The translations under genes and the position numbers were made by a program. The notes beneath the pieces are model-generated. The model did not search any database and was not told the origin of the DNA. It saw only the letters and a program-made list of their open reading frames with translations. Below are positions 63,001 through 64,000 of a DNA stretch of 64,000 nucleotides, piece by piece. The stretch spans positions 5,058,914-5,122,913 of the forward strand of contig NC_134034.1 of the NCBI RefSeq assembly GCF_964204645.1. Direction: 5' to 3'. Source of the stretch: Tubulanus polymorphus (Eukaryota > Animalia > Nemertea). Position 1 is the first letter of the stretch, and every line of letters starts with the position of its first letter.

Positions 63001-64000
63001 TGTTGTATACATTTCATCTATATTCTAAATTCCTTTAATGTTTAAATGTTTACGTGTAATAGCTCTTTGTTTCTTGAGACAGTTTGTCTGTGTCTAACGC
63101 GTTAATTGTTGTTTGTCTCACTGTCATGTCACTACTCGTCACCTTTGTTTTTGTATCATTTTCCAAGTCTCCACCTGTCTCGTATCTCAATGTATATAAA
63201 TAGTTTGTGTGTAAAAATAAATCAGTTCCAGTTTCGGTATTCCAAATTGATAGTTCGCTCGTTACTCTTTCGCTCTGTTCCGGATTTCTGACGTCGACCT
63301 TTCTTCGAGAATAGGACAGAATATAGCTTTGCTAATTTAACTCGCTGATCCTGAAAAATGATAGTGGTTAGAATCCTGCAGTTTTAAAGAGGAAAGGATG
63401 TTTACGTTGAACGGATAGTTTTACTGGAAGGCTTGTGGACTGTAAACCTGTTCGGTTGAGGGTCTGATGATGCTCACATGCAGTGAATATCCTAATATCA
63501 AATTTCAAGCACCAATCACATCCATAAATGCGTATGATGCAAATACGCATTTAGCCATTTATTTACAATATTGTTATCAATACGGCAGTCATACGAGAAT
63601 GGAACCTCGCCCAATCGCGAGTGCAGTAGACAGTTAAACTGTCATTTACATGAACTGAATACACCCTACGCAAACTCACTTCGCAACCAAATCCAAACGG
63701 TATTGAATTCCCTCTTGACAGCCGTCACCGTTGGTGTCAGCAAAGAATTTGTACGCCTCGGTGATTATCTGAACTTGTCCCCGTCTCGTCTCTGATTACT
63801 GATCAGAATTTTAATAGCCGAATGCATTAATATTTAAACAGAATCCCTGAGGGGTTTTCGTTAAAAATTGCTCATTAAAAATTGAAGATTGCCTTTGAAA
63901 TGCTTTTGTTTCTAATGTATATGGAATGAAAGGTGATGGTTTAATAGATCGAGCATATAGAACTGAGCTTATAGAATAGAAATGATGGTACTCCGTATTT

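Noticed and set aside
60540-63800. Short ORFs and possible exons (for example 61252-61480 and 62213-62425, minus strand)
   Set aside because: No recognisable domain and no consistent splice chain could be built by eye.

Overview
AT-rich, repeat-dense animal genomic DNA, most likely from a lophotrochozoan invertebrate. Bases 1-11746 are the right-hand part of a decaying endogenous Polinton/Maverick-like (adintovirus-type) virus. It carries a probable major capsid protein, an A32/FtsK-like packaging ATPase, an rve integrase with chromodomain, an HNH nuclease, and membrane and zinc-finger proteins. It ends in a 152-nt terminal palindrome (AGTAAT...ATTACT). Two shorter relatives carry the same hairpin (17490-~20300 and ~57660-59767), and an inverted fragment lies at 20800-23228. 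In all three hairpins the conserved 'mismatches' form G.T wobble and tandem G.A pairs on only one strand, the one whose 3' end is the element terminus. The outer 14 bp of the stem is replaced in both arms together between copies. This points to a functional, possibly self-priming single-stranded hairpin end and is the main discovery candidate. Host genes are a single-exon rhodopsin-class GPCR (15229-16161) and a spliced PDF/cerebrin neuropeptide precursor (39163-39917) that the ORF track captures only in part. The rest is Gypsy, LINE, Penelope (with a hammerhead ribozyme), Helentron-type, Harbinger, Mutator, Tc1/pogo and hAT-type debris, plus three near-perfect tandem duplications. All protein assignments come from motif recognition; no database searches were run.
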